Shown here in pieces: positions 64,187 to 76,324 of a stretch of 124,000 nt of DNA (position 1 is the stretch's first letter; the number at the start of each line of letters is the position of its first letter). The DNA comes from Wallemia ichthyophaga EXF-994 (Eukaryota; Fungi; Basidiomycota). The translations under genes and the position numbers were made by a program. Where the stretch lies: the NCBI RefSeq assembly GCF_000400465.1, contig NW_008806283.1, positions 144,001-268,000 of the forward strand, read 5' to 3'. The notes below the pieces were generated by a model. That model made no database searches, was not told the origin of the DNA, and saw nothing but the letters and a program-made list of their open reading frames with translations.

Positions 64187-65395
64187 TCATTTTGCTGACT
64201 TGTTTTGCTGTTGAGCTAACACACTCAAGAATTTGGCTTGACATTCCGTACTGCTAACGCCACAGGTAGCTTTAGCGGTGAGCTGAGAACACAAGTCGTC
64301 GAGATCGAAAGTCTGCTCGGGGATGTCCTTTCCAAGATCCTTCCACGTCCTTCTCACAACGGCATCGACGGGTTCATTGTTTTCGTTGGCAATCATCTCT
64401 ACCATCCTCTTAATCTCTTGGATAAGGTATGGGCTTATCTTGGACACATCCTCGTGGTGGGATTGAACGATACCCATTTGCTCCATCTTGGACTTGACCT
64501 GTGGACATTTGAGTCTCTCCTCTGGATCAGAAAGAGCTTGAGCAAGTTCAAGGATGGTAGGTGGAGGGCCGATAATGGATTCAGATGGGGGCTTTTTGTT
64601 AGCAGACAAAGATGCGGAGGCGGAGGGAGACGGTATAGAAGGGTTCGATTGGTTTTGGTCGAACATGAAGTCATTCTGGAGACCGAAGTCGTTGAGGAAG
64701 TCATCAAGTACGCCTGCGCCAGTGTTATTAAGATTAGAAGAATTATCCCTGTATTCAGCAGCGCTATTCAGGTTTGGAAGAGGGGAAGGAGATTTGTGGA
64801 AAGACCTAGAGTTTGAGTTGGATTGAGGTGGAGGGAATTGGAAAGTGAATGCCGAGTGTTTAAGAGTCATGTTCTCCTGTTGAAGTCTACTGAGGAGGTC
64901 TTTGAGGTTGGTGTTCTCTTCAGCCTGTGCAGCGACCTTGTCCTCAAGGACCTTAACGTGCTTCTCTTTTCTCTCTCTAAAAGCACGCTGAGCAGCTCTA
65001 TTCTGTTCCTTACGCTTACTGGTGCTGTTAGGTTTTGAATTGCGAGTAAGTTCACTGGAAGAGTCAGAAGAGCGTCTGTTGTTTGTGCTCTTGGAGGTGT
65101 GCTGTTCATTATCAAGTAGCTCATCACTCGCCTTACGCTTATCGCTGTCTTTATCTTTATCCTGAGTTTGGCTGTGTGAAGATTCAGGACTAGAAGTGTC
65201 GTTGTTTGTTAAGGGAGGAGTTGGATTCTCGTTGTATTCGGATTTAAAGTCAGGGAATTGGCTTGTGGCTACCAAATTGGGTAAGTCTGTCAAATGATTT
65301 GGATTAATTCCAGAATCAAATAATTTGTTGTGGCCATTGTTATTCCCATAATTCCCAACTTGCTGCTTAAGCATTTCTAAGAAATCTAAATCCAT
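64187..65395 (-). CDS. YAP1: Yap1/Pap1-like redox-sensing bZIP transcription factor
   Basis: KRKEQNRAAQRAFRERKEKHVKVLE bZIP; C-terminal cysteine-rich domain DLDDLCSQLTAKATC. Confidence 0.88.
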   Translation of the reverse strand: MDLDFLEMLKQQVGNYGNNNGHNKLFDSGINPNHLTDLPNLVATSQFPDFKSEYNENPTPPLTNNDTSSPESSHSQTQDKDKDSDKRKASDELLDNEQHTSKSTNNRRSSDSSSELTRNSKPNSTSKRKEQNRAAQRAFRERKEKHVKVLEDKVAAQAEENTNLKDLLSRLQQENMTLKHSAFTFQFPPPQSNSNSRSFHKSPSPLPNLNSAAEYRDNSSNLNNTGAGVLDDFLNDFGLQNDFMFDQNQSNPSIPSPSASASLSANKKPPSESIIGPPPTILELAQALSDPEERLKCPQVKSKMEQMGIVQSHHEDVSKISPYLIQEIKRMVEMIANENNEPVDAVVRRTWKDLGKDIPEQTFDLDDLCSQLTAKATCGVSSTECQAKFLSVLAQQQNKSAK

Positions 65396-65865
65396 TTGTC
65401 CTTATTGCTGGTCGTGGGATGAACAGGGCAACGTGTGAGTTGAGATAGCTGGTAGATCAACGGGAATATTTTTTATTTTAATTTTAAAAAGAGGGAATTG
65501 GTGTTTGGTTGGTTGTACATCTCTCATATTCATTATCGACGCACTTAAGTTTACTGGGTACCTCCACCCAGCTTTGTAAGCAACTGAATTTTGGGTTTTC
65601 GGGCCTTATTTTAGTATGTGTGAATTTCTGGTAGCTGAATTAGTATATTTATGTGGTCAAATGACTTTAAATCAACTTATTTCAGGTAACATCCCTAGAC
65701 AAAATTACATCACAGCTTTGATATTTGATAGTGGATTGAATTCATTTTGAATATACACGCATACACGCTTATTCTACATACAATTCAATTTAATAATCTC
65801 TTCTACTCTTCTTTTCACTTCTCTTCTTCTTCTGCGCTCAGACGCTGTCACTTTAAGTCACATCC

Positions 65866-66895
65866 ATGGAAATATCGTTAGTTGCGGGTATTCAACACTC
65901 ACTCACAATTCACAATCTTCAGATCTTGCTTACAAGGTGGCTATCATAAGCCATTATCCCGGCAGTGGCAGAATCAGGGCAAGTCACTCGACAAATCCAT
66001 GTTCATGTACCCAATTTTCATCACGGATGATCCACAAGCAAGTGATGAGATTACTTCTCTCCCCAATCAGCGTAGATGGGGTGTCAACAGGCTCGAAGAG
66101 TTTCTACGCCCTTTGATTAGCAAAGGACTCAGCAGCGTTATTCTATTTGGTGTTCCTTTCAACATGAACAAGGATGGCAGGGGAAGTGCAGCAGATGATC
66201 CCAACACTCCCGTCATACAAGCCATCCACACTCTCAAACGTCTCTTTCCAGACTTATACATAGCTTGCGATGTCTGTTTGTGTGAGTACACAGACCACGG
66301 CCACTGCGGACTGCTGCGTGAAGATGGCACTCTCTTCTCTCACGAGTCTGCTCAGCGTATTGGCGAGGTGGCGCTAGCATATGCTCGAGCAGGCGCTGAC
66401 TGCGTCGCCCCTTCTGACATGATGGATGGGCGTATATCACAAATCAAGCGTCGTCTCATAGACTCTGGTTATGGTAACAGAGTGATGCTAATGTCCTACT
66501 CTGCAAAGTTCTCCACTTCTCTCTACGGTCCATTCAGAGAAGCTGCAGGATCAGCTCCTTCATTCGGTGATAGGAAATGCTACCAATTACCCCCACACGG
66601 TAGAGGTTTAGCAAGACGTGCTGTTCAACGTGACTTAAACGAGGGCGCCGATTGCGTCATGGTTAAACCATCTCTCCCTTACCTCGATGTGATATCAGAT
66701 ACTGCTCAGCTCGCTCGTGATTACCCAGTCGCGTGTTATGTTGTCTCGGGTGAGTTTGCAATGATGCACGCCGGTGCTAAGGCGGGTATATACGATTTAA
66801 AAAAGATAGCCTTTGAAACGCATGAGAGTTTTCTGCGCGCAGGTGCTAACATATTCCTCACATACTTTACACCGGAGTTTCTCGAGTGGTTGTAG
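65866..66895 (+). CDS. HEM2: Porphobilinogen synthase (ALA dehydratase)
   Basis: CDVCLCEYTDHGHCG zinc site, APSDMMDGR, YGPFREAA, MVKPSLPYLD; short 5' exon. Confidence 0.97.
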
Positions 66896-66933
66896 TAGTT
66901 TACAATATAAGATACAAGACAAAGACATATAAA

Positions 66934-67611
66934 TTAAATTCGTTGATTCTGCGTTGGACGCGTGTCTATGTCAGTAGTTTCCAAGCTATCAACATCTTCT
67001 AGACTGCGCTTGGATTGAGAAAACAAGTTGGAATTTGGCTGATTTGCCATGGCCAGAGAGGCCTTGTAGATGGATTCAAATTCCTGCGCAAGATCAGTAT
67101 TAAGGTGTTCAAATGAGCTGCAACGCACCTTCAACTGTGATTGGAAACCGAGGTTAGGTGAAATGCAGTATCTCTTGTTCTGCACGTAATGAGTTGCTTC
67201 TTCGAAAGACAACTGAGCAGCTTCCATGACATACATAATCGTAATGGCAGGGCCTCTGCTAATACCGCCATTACAAACAATAAGAACTTTACCGTTCAAT
67301 TCCAATGCGTTGTAGATAAAGGAGCGTGCTTGTGGGTAGATTCTGATTAGATTCTGCTCCTCACTATCACGGACATCCAAGACCAGATATTTGAACTGAT
67401 CTGGGAACCTCGGTCGAACGAAAACAGCCTCAGCCTCACCACGAATGCAGATGATGTGGGTGATGTTGGTGGATCTGAGGTATTCTGTATCTTTGCTGCA
67501 TTGATATGGTCCTAATATTAAGCCTGGGATTATTTCCTGGCATTCTCTTCTCATTTCGTAGCTGTATGTGGTCTTAGTGGTGTTTGTTTGTTCGTTAATG
67601 GATGCACTCAC
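66934..67611 (-). CDS. Dual-specificity phosphatase family protein (STYX-like)
   Basis: [18 protein letters not shown]-loop [22 protein letters not shown]; small intron near the 3' end. Confidence 0.85.
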   Translation of the reverse strand: MSASINEQTNTTKTTYSYEMRRECQEIIPGLILGPYQCSKDTEYLRSTNITHIICIRGEAEAVFVRPRFPDQFKYLVLDVRDSEEQNLIRIYPQARSFIYNALELNGKVLIVCNGGISRGPAITIMYVMEAAQLSFEEATHYVQNKRYCISPNLGFQSQLKVRCSSFEHLNTDLAQEFESIYKASLAMANQPNSNLFSQSKRSLEDVDSLETTDIDTRPTQNQRI

Positions 67612-67724
67612 CGCCAGTCAGTGACGCCATCAAACAGATAAGCGTTTGGTGCGCTGGTTGCGCTCGATGGCTTATCAATGTCCATGTATTTGATGCTGGT
67701 GGTTACTCTCCAACGCCCACTCTA

Positions 67725-68904
67725 ATGGCTCAGCTCGACGATGAAATTCCACAGCTAATTACTCACGATAAGCGCGTACCCTTGACCATTCTCACTGGAT
67801 ACCTCGGTGCGGGTAAATCCACGCTTATCAAACACATTCTCACTCAACAACATGGCCACAGAATTGCCGTTATTGTGAATGAATTCGGTGATACTGCTGA
67901 TATTGAGCGTGGGTTGGTCTACTCGCGCTATTCCTTCCTTCTCACTCTACTGTTCGCTTCCAGGCCGTTCCGTATCCGTCGACGACGAAGAACAGCTCCT
68001 CGAACTCGACAATGGCTGTCTGTGTTGTTCGATACGCGATGCAGGTGTTGCTGCTATTGCGAAAATGATGCGCAAAAAGGGCAAATTCGACTACATCATA
68101 CTAGAAACAACTGGTCTGGCTGATCCATCTGGTCTAGCGCAGTTGTTCTGGGAGAATGAGCTGTTTATACCAGATATATACCTCGATGGTGTGGTCTGTG
68201 TGGTTGATGCTAGGAATGTCCTCCACCAGCTCTCCTCAGACAATCAATGCGTCAGACAGATAGCCTCGGCTGATTCGCTTATCGTTAATAAGGTTGATCT
68301 CGTTGGCAGTGAAGTGCTGGAGCAAGTAAAGCACGCGTTGTTGTCCATCAACTCTTCTGCTCCTCTTCATTACACTACCTACAGCACACTCAACCTCCAT
68401 CACGTCATCGACCTCAACGCTTATGATGGTCAGGCGCAGACCCAGGAGCAGATCAAAACACAGACGCAAATGCAGTCAGAGGAAGTGACACTTTCACGCT
68501 CTACACACTCACACCCAGACTCACACTCACATCCACACCCACACTTACACTTATTCGGGATATCGAGCATACATCTGCAAACACCTCCACTATCCACGGC
68601 CAAATACGCCACGCTCGACAAATGGCTTCGCTGTGTACTATGGGAAAGTACACTTCCCTGTATTGAAGACCTAGTCGAGAAGAACGATATGGAGATACTA
68701 CGCACGAAAGGTGTAGTTAGCGTGTTAGGTGACGGTGTGCACATCCTGCAGGGTGTCAGAGATATGTATGAGCTGAAGCGGGTGTCGGCAGGTAAAGAGG
68801 GTGACACTGACACACGCGCGCCTGGAAAGATAGTTTTTATCGGCAAGAACGTCGACCACCGCCTATTTGCAACGAGTTTCAGTCGCTACATGGAATCAAT
68901 GTGA
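67725..68904 (+). CDS. COG0523/CobW zinc metallochaperone GTPase (ZNG1-like)
   Basis: [29 protein letters not shown], His-rich insert, LRTKG; one intron. Confidence 0.92.
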
Positions 68905-68916
68905 TTTGAAGGAGTA

Positions 68917-71900
68917 TTATGCATGTTTGAGTCTATTGAGTGTATTTAGAGAATGTGTGTGTGTAAGTGAATAGTCATGAGTATGTGCGTGAGCATGAGA
69001 ATGAGCACCAGCCACCGTATCATGAGCTATCTGTGCCCTATCAATACATTCAATCGGCAGACCGGCGAGTCTAGCGACGATGATGCCATGGCTCTCTTTG
69101 CAAACACCTTTTCGAAGTGTATACGTAAACCTGAATGCATCTCCGCCATCGACCAGATCAGTGCTGAGATACTGGATAGGAAGGGTATCCGCGAGCATAT
69201 CATCCAGCTCGTGAAAGTGTGTAGCGAAGAAAGTGCGACACTTGTTAGTCAGTGCGAGATGTACCACAATCGCATAAGCCAGTGCGAGTCCATCGAGTGA
69301 GGTGGTACCCCGTCCTATCTCATCCATGATCACAAGCGAGCGCGGCGTAGCCATCTGTAATATCTCCCCAGCTTCCGTCATCTCCACCTGTATTTGTAGT
69401 CTGCGTCAGTCTCAGTCGTCACGCACGCGCGCACTCCGCTCAATAAACTAACCATGAATGTTGACTGCCCCGCACTGAGATCGTCGCTCGCGCCAATGCG
69501 CGAAAATAATCGGTCTACCACCCCGATCGTTGCAGCGGTCGCAGGCACGAATGAACCAGCCTGTGCGAGCACGACTATGATAGCATTCTGGCGCAAGTAA
69601 GTGGATTTTCCGCCCTGTATGTGTGTTAGAGGGAGTGAGGGGGGTATGAGAGGGGCATCTGAGAAATTGAGCACCCTTCCAAGCAACCCGACCCACCATA
69701 TTAGGACCGAAGATGGCGCAAACGAATGAGTCATCTTGCATAAGCACGTCATTCGGCGTGAAGCTATTGAGTGAGTCCTGCAGAGCCACTTCGACAGCAG
69801 GGTGGCGACCCTGTGAGATATGCAAGGCACGGTCGACCGTCATGGCTGGCCGCACCCATGCACGCTCATCGGCTAGCTCCGCGAGACTGCACAACACATC
69901 TAGCTGGGCAAGGAGGTGGGTATTAGCGCGGAAACGCTCACTTTCCTTCGCCAGTTCCCCTTTAAGTCCAGTGAGAGCCTCACGCTCAGCTCCTTCGAGC
70001 TGCTCGGATACCTCCACAATGGAAGACTTGAGTGCAGTCCATCGAGGATGAGCGTACGTGGCTGTAGACTTACCACTCGCTATTAACTGGTATGCTCCCG
70101 GTAATGCCTTCAAGCTGCTCTTGCGCGCTGTTATGTAATGGCCTAGTTTCTGATTGGACCGCAGTGCTACGTGCGTTGGGTCGCTCGCGCGCACTTCCCC
70201 ACGCACCTCTCTCGCCAACTTGGCTCGCTCGCCGTATAACCTATCGAGCTTCTTGTTTAGCCGCGCTATTGTAGCGCTGTATGTTGGTGCTATCGACCGC
70301 TTCAGGTCGTCGTGGTAGTTGTCACCGTTGCGTTCACGCCCATCCTTCTCGATAGCCTCCCTCTCCCTCTCCCTCTCTTCTGGCAAACCTTGTATCTCCT
70401 CCCGCTGCTCACTCTCACTCTCACTCGCCTCCTTGGCGCGCAGGCCGTCTTCAATGATAACCGAGTCGATGCGCTCCGCAAAGGTTATAAGGGGGTGTAG
70501 GGATTCAGTGAGAGTGAGGAGAGCATGCCAGTCGTCGTTGTCATAATTGTTTTCACTAACGCATCCACTCTGCTGCCCACGCTCATGCACCCACTCGGCG
70601 CGAATACGCCTGACGACCTCCTCCGTTTTCTCAATAACGCCCTTAACAGCGAGGAGGAGGGAGGGAGTGAAGTTATTATTGAGGAGCACGCGCTGGAGAA
70701 GACGAGGACCATCTTGAGTGTCACGTAATAAAGCGCGCACGTCTCTCCGCAGCTGTGTGCGCGACAGGAAAATGGCAACGGCTGCGTGGCGAGAGCGTAT
70801 AACGGAGAGATCAGCAGAAGGCTCGCACAGCCACTGTTCTAGTAGGCGGTGGCCGGGCTGTGTGATGGTGCGGCGCACTGCTCTCATCAGACTCCCTGAA
70901 GTGCGGTTGGACCGTATCGTCGTCTTTAACTCTAGACCGCGAATCGTGGGCGCGTCGAGCATTAATGTCGCTTTTTCCTCGCGCTTAGGTTGCAGAGATG
71001 GCGTGTCGTCTATTAGCGACGCCTGAAGACGCGTTTGGAGGAGTGATATGGCTGTGTGTTCATGGGGAGTGTATTGGGTGTGGGTGGATGCGGAGGGGTT
71101 TGCGTTGGGTTGACTGTATGAGATGATGGAGTCGTGTGCGCCAAGTGATTGTCGCAACTTGTGTGCTTCTGCAGTCGTTGTGCCACCATCAAAAACAATC
71201 TCAGACGGGGATAAACGTGCAATATAGCTCTTCAAATCAGATAAGCTGGATGACGCAGTTGAAGAGTCACCGGTGGAAATGTCACACCAAGCTGCAGCGA
71301 ATTGGTCTTGCTCAGGGTGAGACACAACTGAGACAATGAAGTTGTGAGTAGTGGGATTGAGAGATGACTCGTCTAGGAGAGTACCAGGGGAGATAACGCG
71401 TGTAACTTTCCTATCAAAAGAGCCAGATTTGTGGTTGTAGAATTGATCGTTAATTGCGACAAATAGGCAGTGATCGACGACTAGAGATCTGAGATGTTTT
71501 GATAGCTGGTAGTAAGGGAAGCCAGCCATAGGGAATTTAGACTTGTTGTACGATTTTTCACCGACGCTGAAACCGAGGAGTTTGGAGAGGAGAAGAGCGT
71601 GGTGGTAGTAAGCCTCGTAGAAGCCACCGACGCGTGTGAGAAGGAGGGTATCTGGGTGGGCGTTGATAGTATTGATGACGTTCTTGAGGAGATCAGAGGA
71701 TAAGTGGGAGGGATGGAAGCCGGACGGGTCGGGTGGAGTGGGGGGAGAGGGAGTGAGAGTGGGAGTGAGAGTGGGAGTGATGAGAGGAGTTCCTGGGGTG
71801 CCTGGATTGCCTGGATTGCCTGGTTTGCCTGCGTTGCCGGTGTTGATAGGGCTGAAAGGATCCGATAGCCGAGTAACAACACCACCACCACCACCACCAC

Positions 71901-71973
71901 CCAGACCAGGCTTCGGGAGATTAATCTTAACTCTCGATTTAAATGAATTAAAAATGATTTTATTGAGCCTCAT
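68917..71973 (-). CDS. MSH1: Mitochondrial MutS homologue
   Basis: [59 protein letters not shown]; two introns. Confidence 0.9.
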
Positions 71974-72302
71974 CTAGACATAAACACCCAGTGCGTTCAA
72001 TATACTGACCACAGCCACACCGAGAAAGAGTGAAGATAACAAAGCGTAGTAAAATTGGGCTGTGAAATTTTTGTAGTTTCTAAGCGGGGTTAGAGGGTAT
72101 GCGGAGATAAAGAATACACGGACGAATACCAGCTAAACGCCATCAACCCGGAAGATATCAGAGAGAGGACACCGAGGAGTGGGAGCAGACTGGTGTTGAT
72201 TCCCGGGAAGAAGTTTACTTCCTGCTAATAAAACGTTAGGCCATTTTGCACTTTAAATTAAAAATCATTTACGCCGTAAGTCATGGTTCAATTTAAACAG
72301 CC

Positions 72303-74317
72303 ATGGATCAAAACAGACGCTGGGTAAATCCAATCCCAGGGATCCCGATTACGAGGAGAGTGAACAATGCCGGCCGATCCACCATCTCCAGGCCTCCGCG
72401 CGCCACGCCCGGCCATCTCCGTAGCCTCTCTGATACGTCACAGCTATTTATGACGACAGCGCCTTACAATCAATCCACTGCTAAATGTGGCGGTGATGAC
72501 GGCCCACAAAACCCAATAAACAGCTACATCCCCCCTTACCTCCTCCTCTCAAACACCCACGCCCAACTCCCCCTCCTTCCCTCGCAGCTTGACATGAAAA
72601 ATTGCAGACCTTCGAAACTCAACCTGAACCACTCCTGCACTTGCGTAACCTACGCTGGTCCTGCTGACGGCAACGAGAAGGATGCCGCCGCTGTCCGAGC
72701 CAACGAGCCCGTTCCTAGATGTTCCGGCATCTATTATTTGGAGTTTGAAATTCTGAATAGGGGCGACAAGGGTTATATCTCCATTGGCTACGGTAATAAG
72801 ATGTTCAAACTAACCAGATTGCCCGGTTGGGAGTCCTGTTCATGGGGTTATCACGGCGACGATGGCTGCTTCTTTGCCCAAGCAAGCGACGGCTCTAAAT
72901 TTGGTCCTGAGTACTCTACAACCTCTGGCAGCGTTATTGGTATGGGTTTCGACTTTACCCAGAACAAATCCTTCTACACTATCAACGGCACCTTCATCGC
73001 ATACGCCCCAGACCCTCTCCCTTCTCCTCAAATCTGTCCAGACATCTACCCCTGTATCGGTCTACGCTCCGATAACGAGTCTGTCTCTGTAAACTTTGGT
73101 ATCGACCCTAGATCTCCCTTCCGTTTCGATATTGACGGTTACGTTAAGCGTAAGAAGTGGGATGTTATCGCACAAGAGATCGACAACCGCGTCGTTGATT
73201 GGCGTGTCGATAATGAGTCACGTAACGTCGAGTTTGTCCACACACCCGATGAAATGCGCAGCGTACTCGGTGATCGCTACACTTATGGCTCTGCTCAAGA
73301 CGATGATCTTAGTTTGCCCATGGGTGAGCTTGTGATGGAGTATCTTGTTCATTCCTCGTATGCACAATCTGCACGTGCCTTTAACCAGGCTTTGGAGATG
73401 GAGAATAAGGGGAGTAAAGTGCCTATAGGTGGAGTTGCTAGTGGTTTTAGTGGTGCAATGCAAGTAGATCAATCTCAGTCAAGCTCTCACTCCCACTCTC
73501 ACTGGCTTCACTCCTTAGATGAAGCAGCTAATGCAAGTAGAGGCACACGCAATGCAATCCTCGCAGGCGATATCGAACTCGCCATGTCTGAACTACGTGC
73601 GCGCTGGCCGGCTGTTTTGATCGACAACACCACATTAGCGTTCGAGTTATTTCTGAGAAAGTTTGTCGAGCTAGTGATTAAGGCGCATGGCACGACGAAT
73701 GTGGATGATGTAAACGATGATGGTGAGGAGGGTAACCAGGGTGAAGATGGTAAGGGTAAGAATGCAAATACTATCGCCAACTCCACCACATCTACCACAG
73801 ACGCTCCCTCGGAAGATATGGAAATGCTCCAATCGCCCGTGTTTCCTCCACAAATTCCACCACTAGAGTTGCCACATCCTGATCTGATGCGCGCTCCTTC
73901 CCCCGCACCTCATCTCAGTCCACTCGATAAAGCACTCGCTGCAGGAAGAGCATTACAGGCCAAATATCCACCGCAAACGTATCCAGAATTCCAGGAAAGG
74001 ATGCGTGTTGCATTCGCGTTAGTAGCGCATGATCATATCGAAATCGCGCCGCGCGAGTCACTCGATTTGTTCGACACACAAGAGCGGCAAAGATTGTGGG
74101 ATGCGGTAGAGATGGCGATAAATGGTGAGTAATGACATAAACCCAAGCAAATTAAATCATATTCACACTCACACCACCACTCACAGACGCCCAAGGCAAA
74201 CCCAATCAGAGCGCACTCGAACTCGTCGTCCGGCAAGCTGGCGCATCTGTCTCGCAGGCTGCACTCATGGGAGATGGTAAAGCGGCGTATATTGATATAG
74301 AGGATTATATAAAATAA
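72303..74317 (+). CDS. SPRY-LisH-CTLH-CRA protein (RanBP9/10, Vid30/Gid1 family)
   Basis: AVRANEPVP..SGIYYLEFEI, LPGWESCSWGYHGDDG, LisH/CTLH and CRA helices; last exon ends 74317. Confidence 0.88.
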
Positions 74318-74430
74318 CCATTGTACTATAATTTACATGAAAAATAAATTAAATGCTCGCACGTGAGAAATTTCAGAAGAATCGCCGGCCGGTGTTGGTG
74401 TGGTTATCAACAGCCAGCCATACACCCGCC

Positions 74431-76127
74431 ATGGAAAATGAAAATAAGAAAACGAATTATATTTCAACATACAATCGAGATAGGAATGTGATAGATTTCA
74501 ACGATAAGGATTACGAGGGCAACCAACTCAACGACGATGAACTCGCTGTTAATTTAGAAGCAGAGGAGAAAGTAACGCCGTTCGTAGTATTTCTTACTGT
74601 TAGTGGTGGCTGGGCTGCTAGACGCATCTCATTCCCCCACAGTGCGCTGCTGCCGTTAGTGGCCTTTTATTTGGTCTCGATACGGGGATTATATCGGGTG
74701 CTTTGGTTGAAATGGATGATGCGTTCGATAAGCCTTTAACAGATACTTACAAGGAGCTCATTACATCTGCCACTACTCTCGGGGCCCTCATTTCCTCACT
74801 ATGCGCGGGTATAGCTGCAGATATCATCGGCAGAAGACTCGCTCTCACCGGCGCAGACATCTTCTTCACCGTCGGCGCCATCGTACAAGCTTGTGCTAAG
74901 GATGTGTGGACCATGATCGTAGGCAGATTCATTCTCGGTCTCGGCGTCGGCTGGGCCTCATGTGTTGCGCCGCTCTATATAGGCGAGCTCTCTCCGACTA
75001 GGCTGCGAGGAAGACTTGTCACTGTAAACGGTGCATTCCTCACATTCGGTCAGGTGATAGCATATGCTATCGGTGCAGCCTTTGCCAATGTTGACGACGG
75101 GTGGCGGTACATGGTTGGTCTGTGTGCCGTTCCCTCTGGACTCCAACTCATTGCATTGCATTGGCTACCAGAGTCCCCCCGCTTTCTTCTCTCACGCGGT
75201 AAGGATGAGGGTGCGCGCAAGGTGCTCGCCCGTATATACCCATACATCAACCAAGAGGACATGACGGCCAAGCTGCATGTCCTCCAACAGGGGGTAAAAG
75301 AGTCGCTCGAAATCTCCAACCGCATTCCACTGCATAAGCGAATAGTAAAAATGTTCACCGAACCTGTCGTGCTTAAAGTCACCGTTATCGCAGCAGGTCT
75401 GCAAGCTTTTCAGCAGCTGTCAGGTTTCAACACATTGATGTACTACTCCTCGACTCTCTTTGCGCAGATCGGTTTCGACCAGCCCACCGCAACGGGGCTG
75501 ATTGTCAGCGGGACCAATTTCCTCGGTACGCTTTTCGCACTCAAGTATATTGACGTGATTGGTCGGCGTCGAATAATGCTTATTAGCGCACCTATGCTAG
75601 TCGTCTCGCTAACTTTCGCCAGTATCTGCTTCCATTTCCTGACGCAAGAGACAGGTGGGCATTTCGTAGACGGACACGACTATCCGAGGGTATGGTCTGC
75701 GCTGGTGCTGGTCGCGATTGTGCTCTATGTCCTTTTCTACGCCGTTGGACTGGGTAACGTACCATGGCAGCAGGGCGAGCTGTTCACGCTCGAGTACCGC
75801 GGTATCGGTACATCTCTCGCTACTGCTGCGAACTGGTCGTGCAATTTACTCATATCGCTCACTTATCTCTCGCTCATCAACACTATAACCGCCGCAGGCG
75901 CTTTCGGGTTCTACGCTGGCCTCTGCTTTTTAGGAACCCTCTTCGTCATCTTCTGTTACCCAGATCTCACCAAATTGTCCCTCGAGGAAGTGCAGGATGT
76001 CTTTGCGGGTAAAGGGTTCAAGGATGCCCGGAGAAGAGCGGAGGTTATGCGCAAGTCTAAATCTGAAGTACTTTATAGACTTCATGAGAAGGACGGTGCG
76101 CTGACGCCTGATTCACCGGATGAGTAG
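74431..76127 (+). CDS. MFS myo-inositol/sugar transporter (Itr family)
   Basis: ADIIGRR, APLYIGELSPTRLRGRL, LPESPR, FQQLSGFNTLMYY, VPWQQGELF; one intron. Confidence 0.92.
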
Positions 76128-76324
76128 GAGAAATGCACACACAAAGGGATATAGACACACGGATACATACACAATCACATATATATAAGGATATAGACAT
76201 ATATATAAAGCAGCGGATATGCACCTTGTACCAGTATTGATATAAGTTAATATATTTTGCAACATCGGTGATCAGTGCGTCGCGTTTCATTACAGCGTAC
76301 AACCAACAAAGAAGCCGATCCGAA

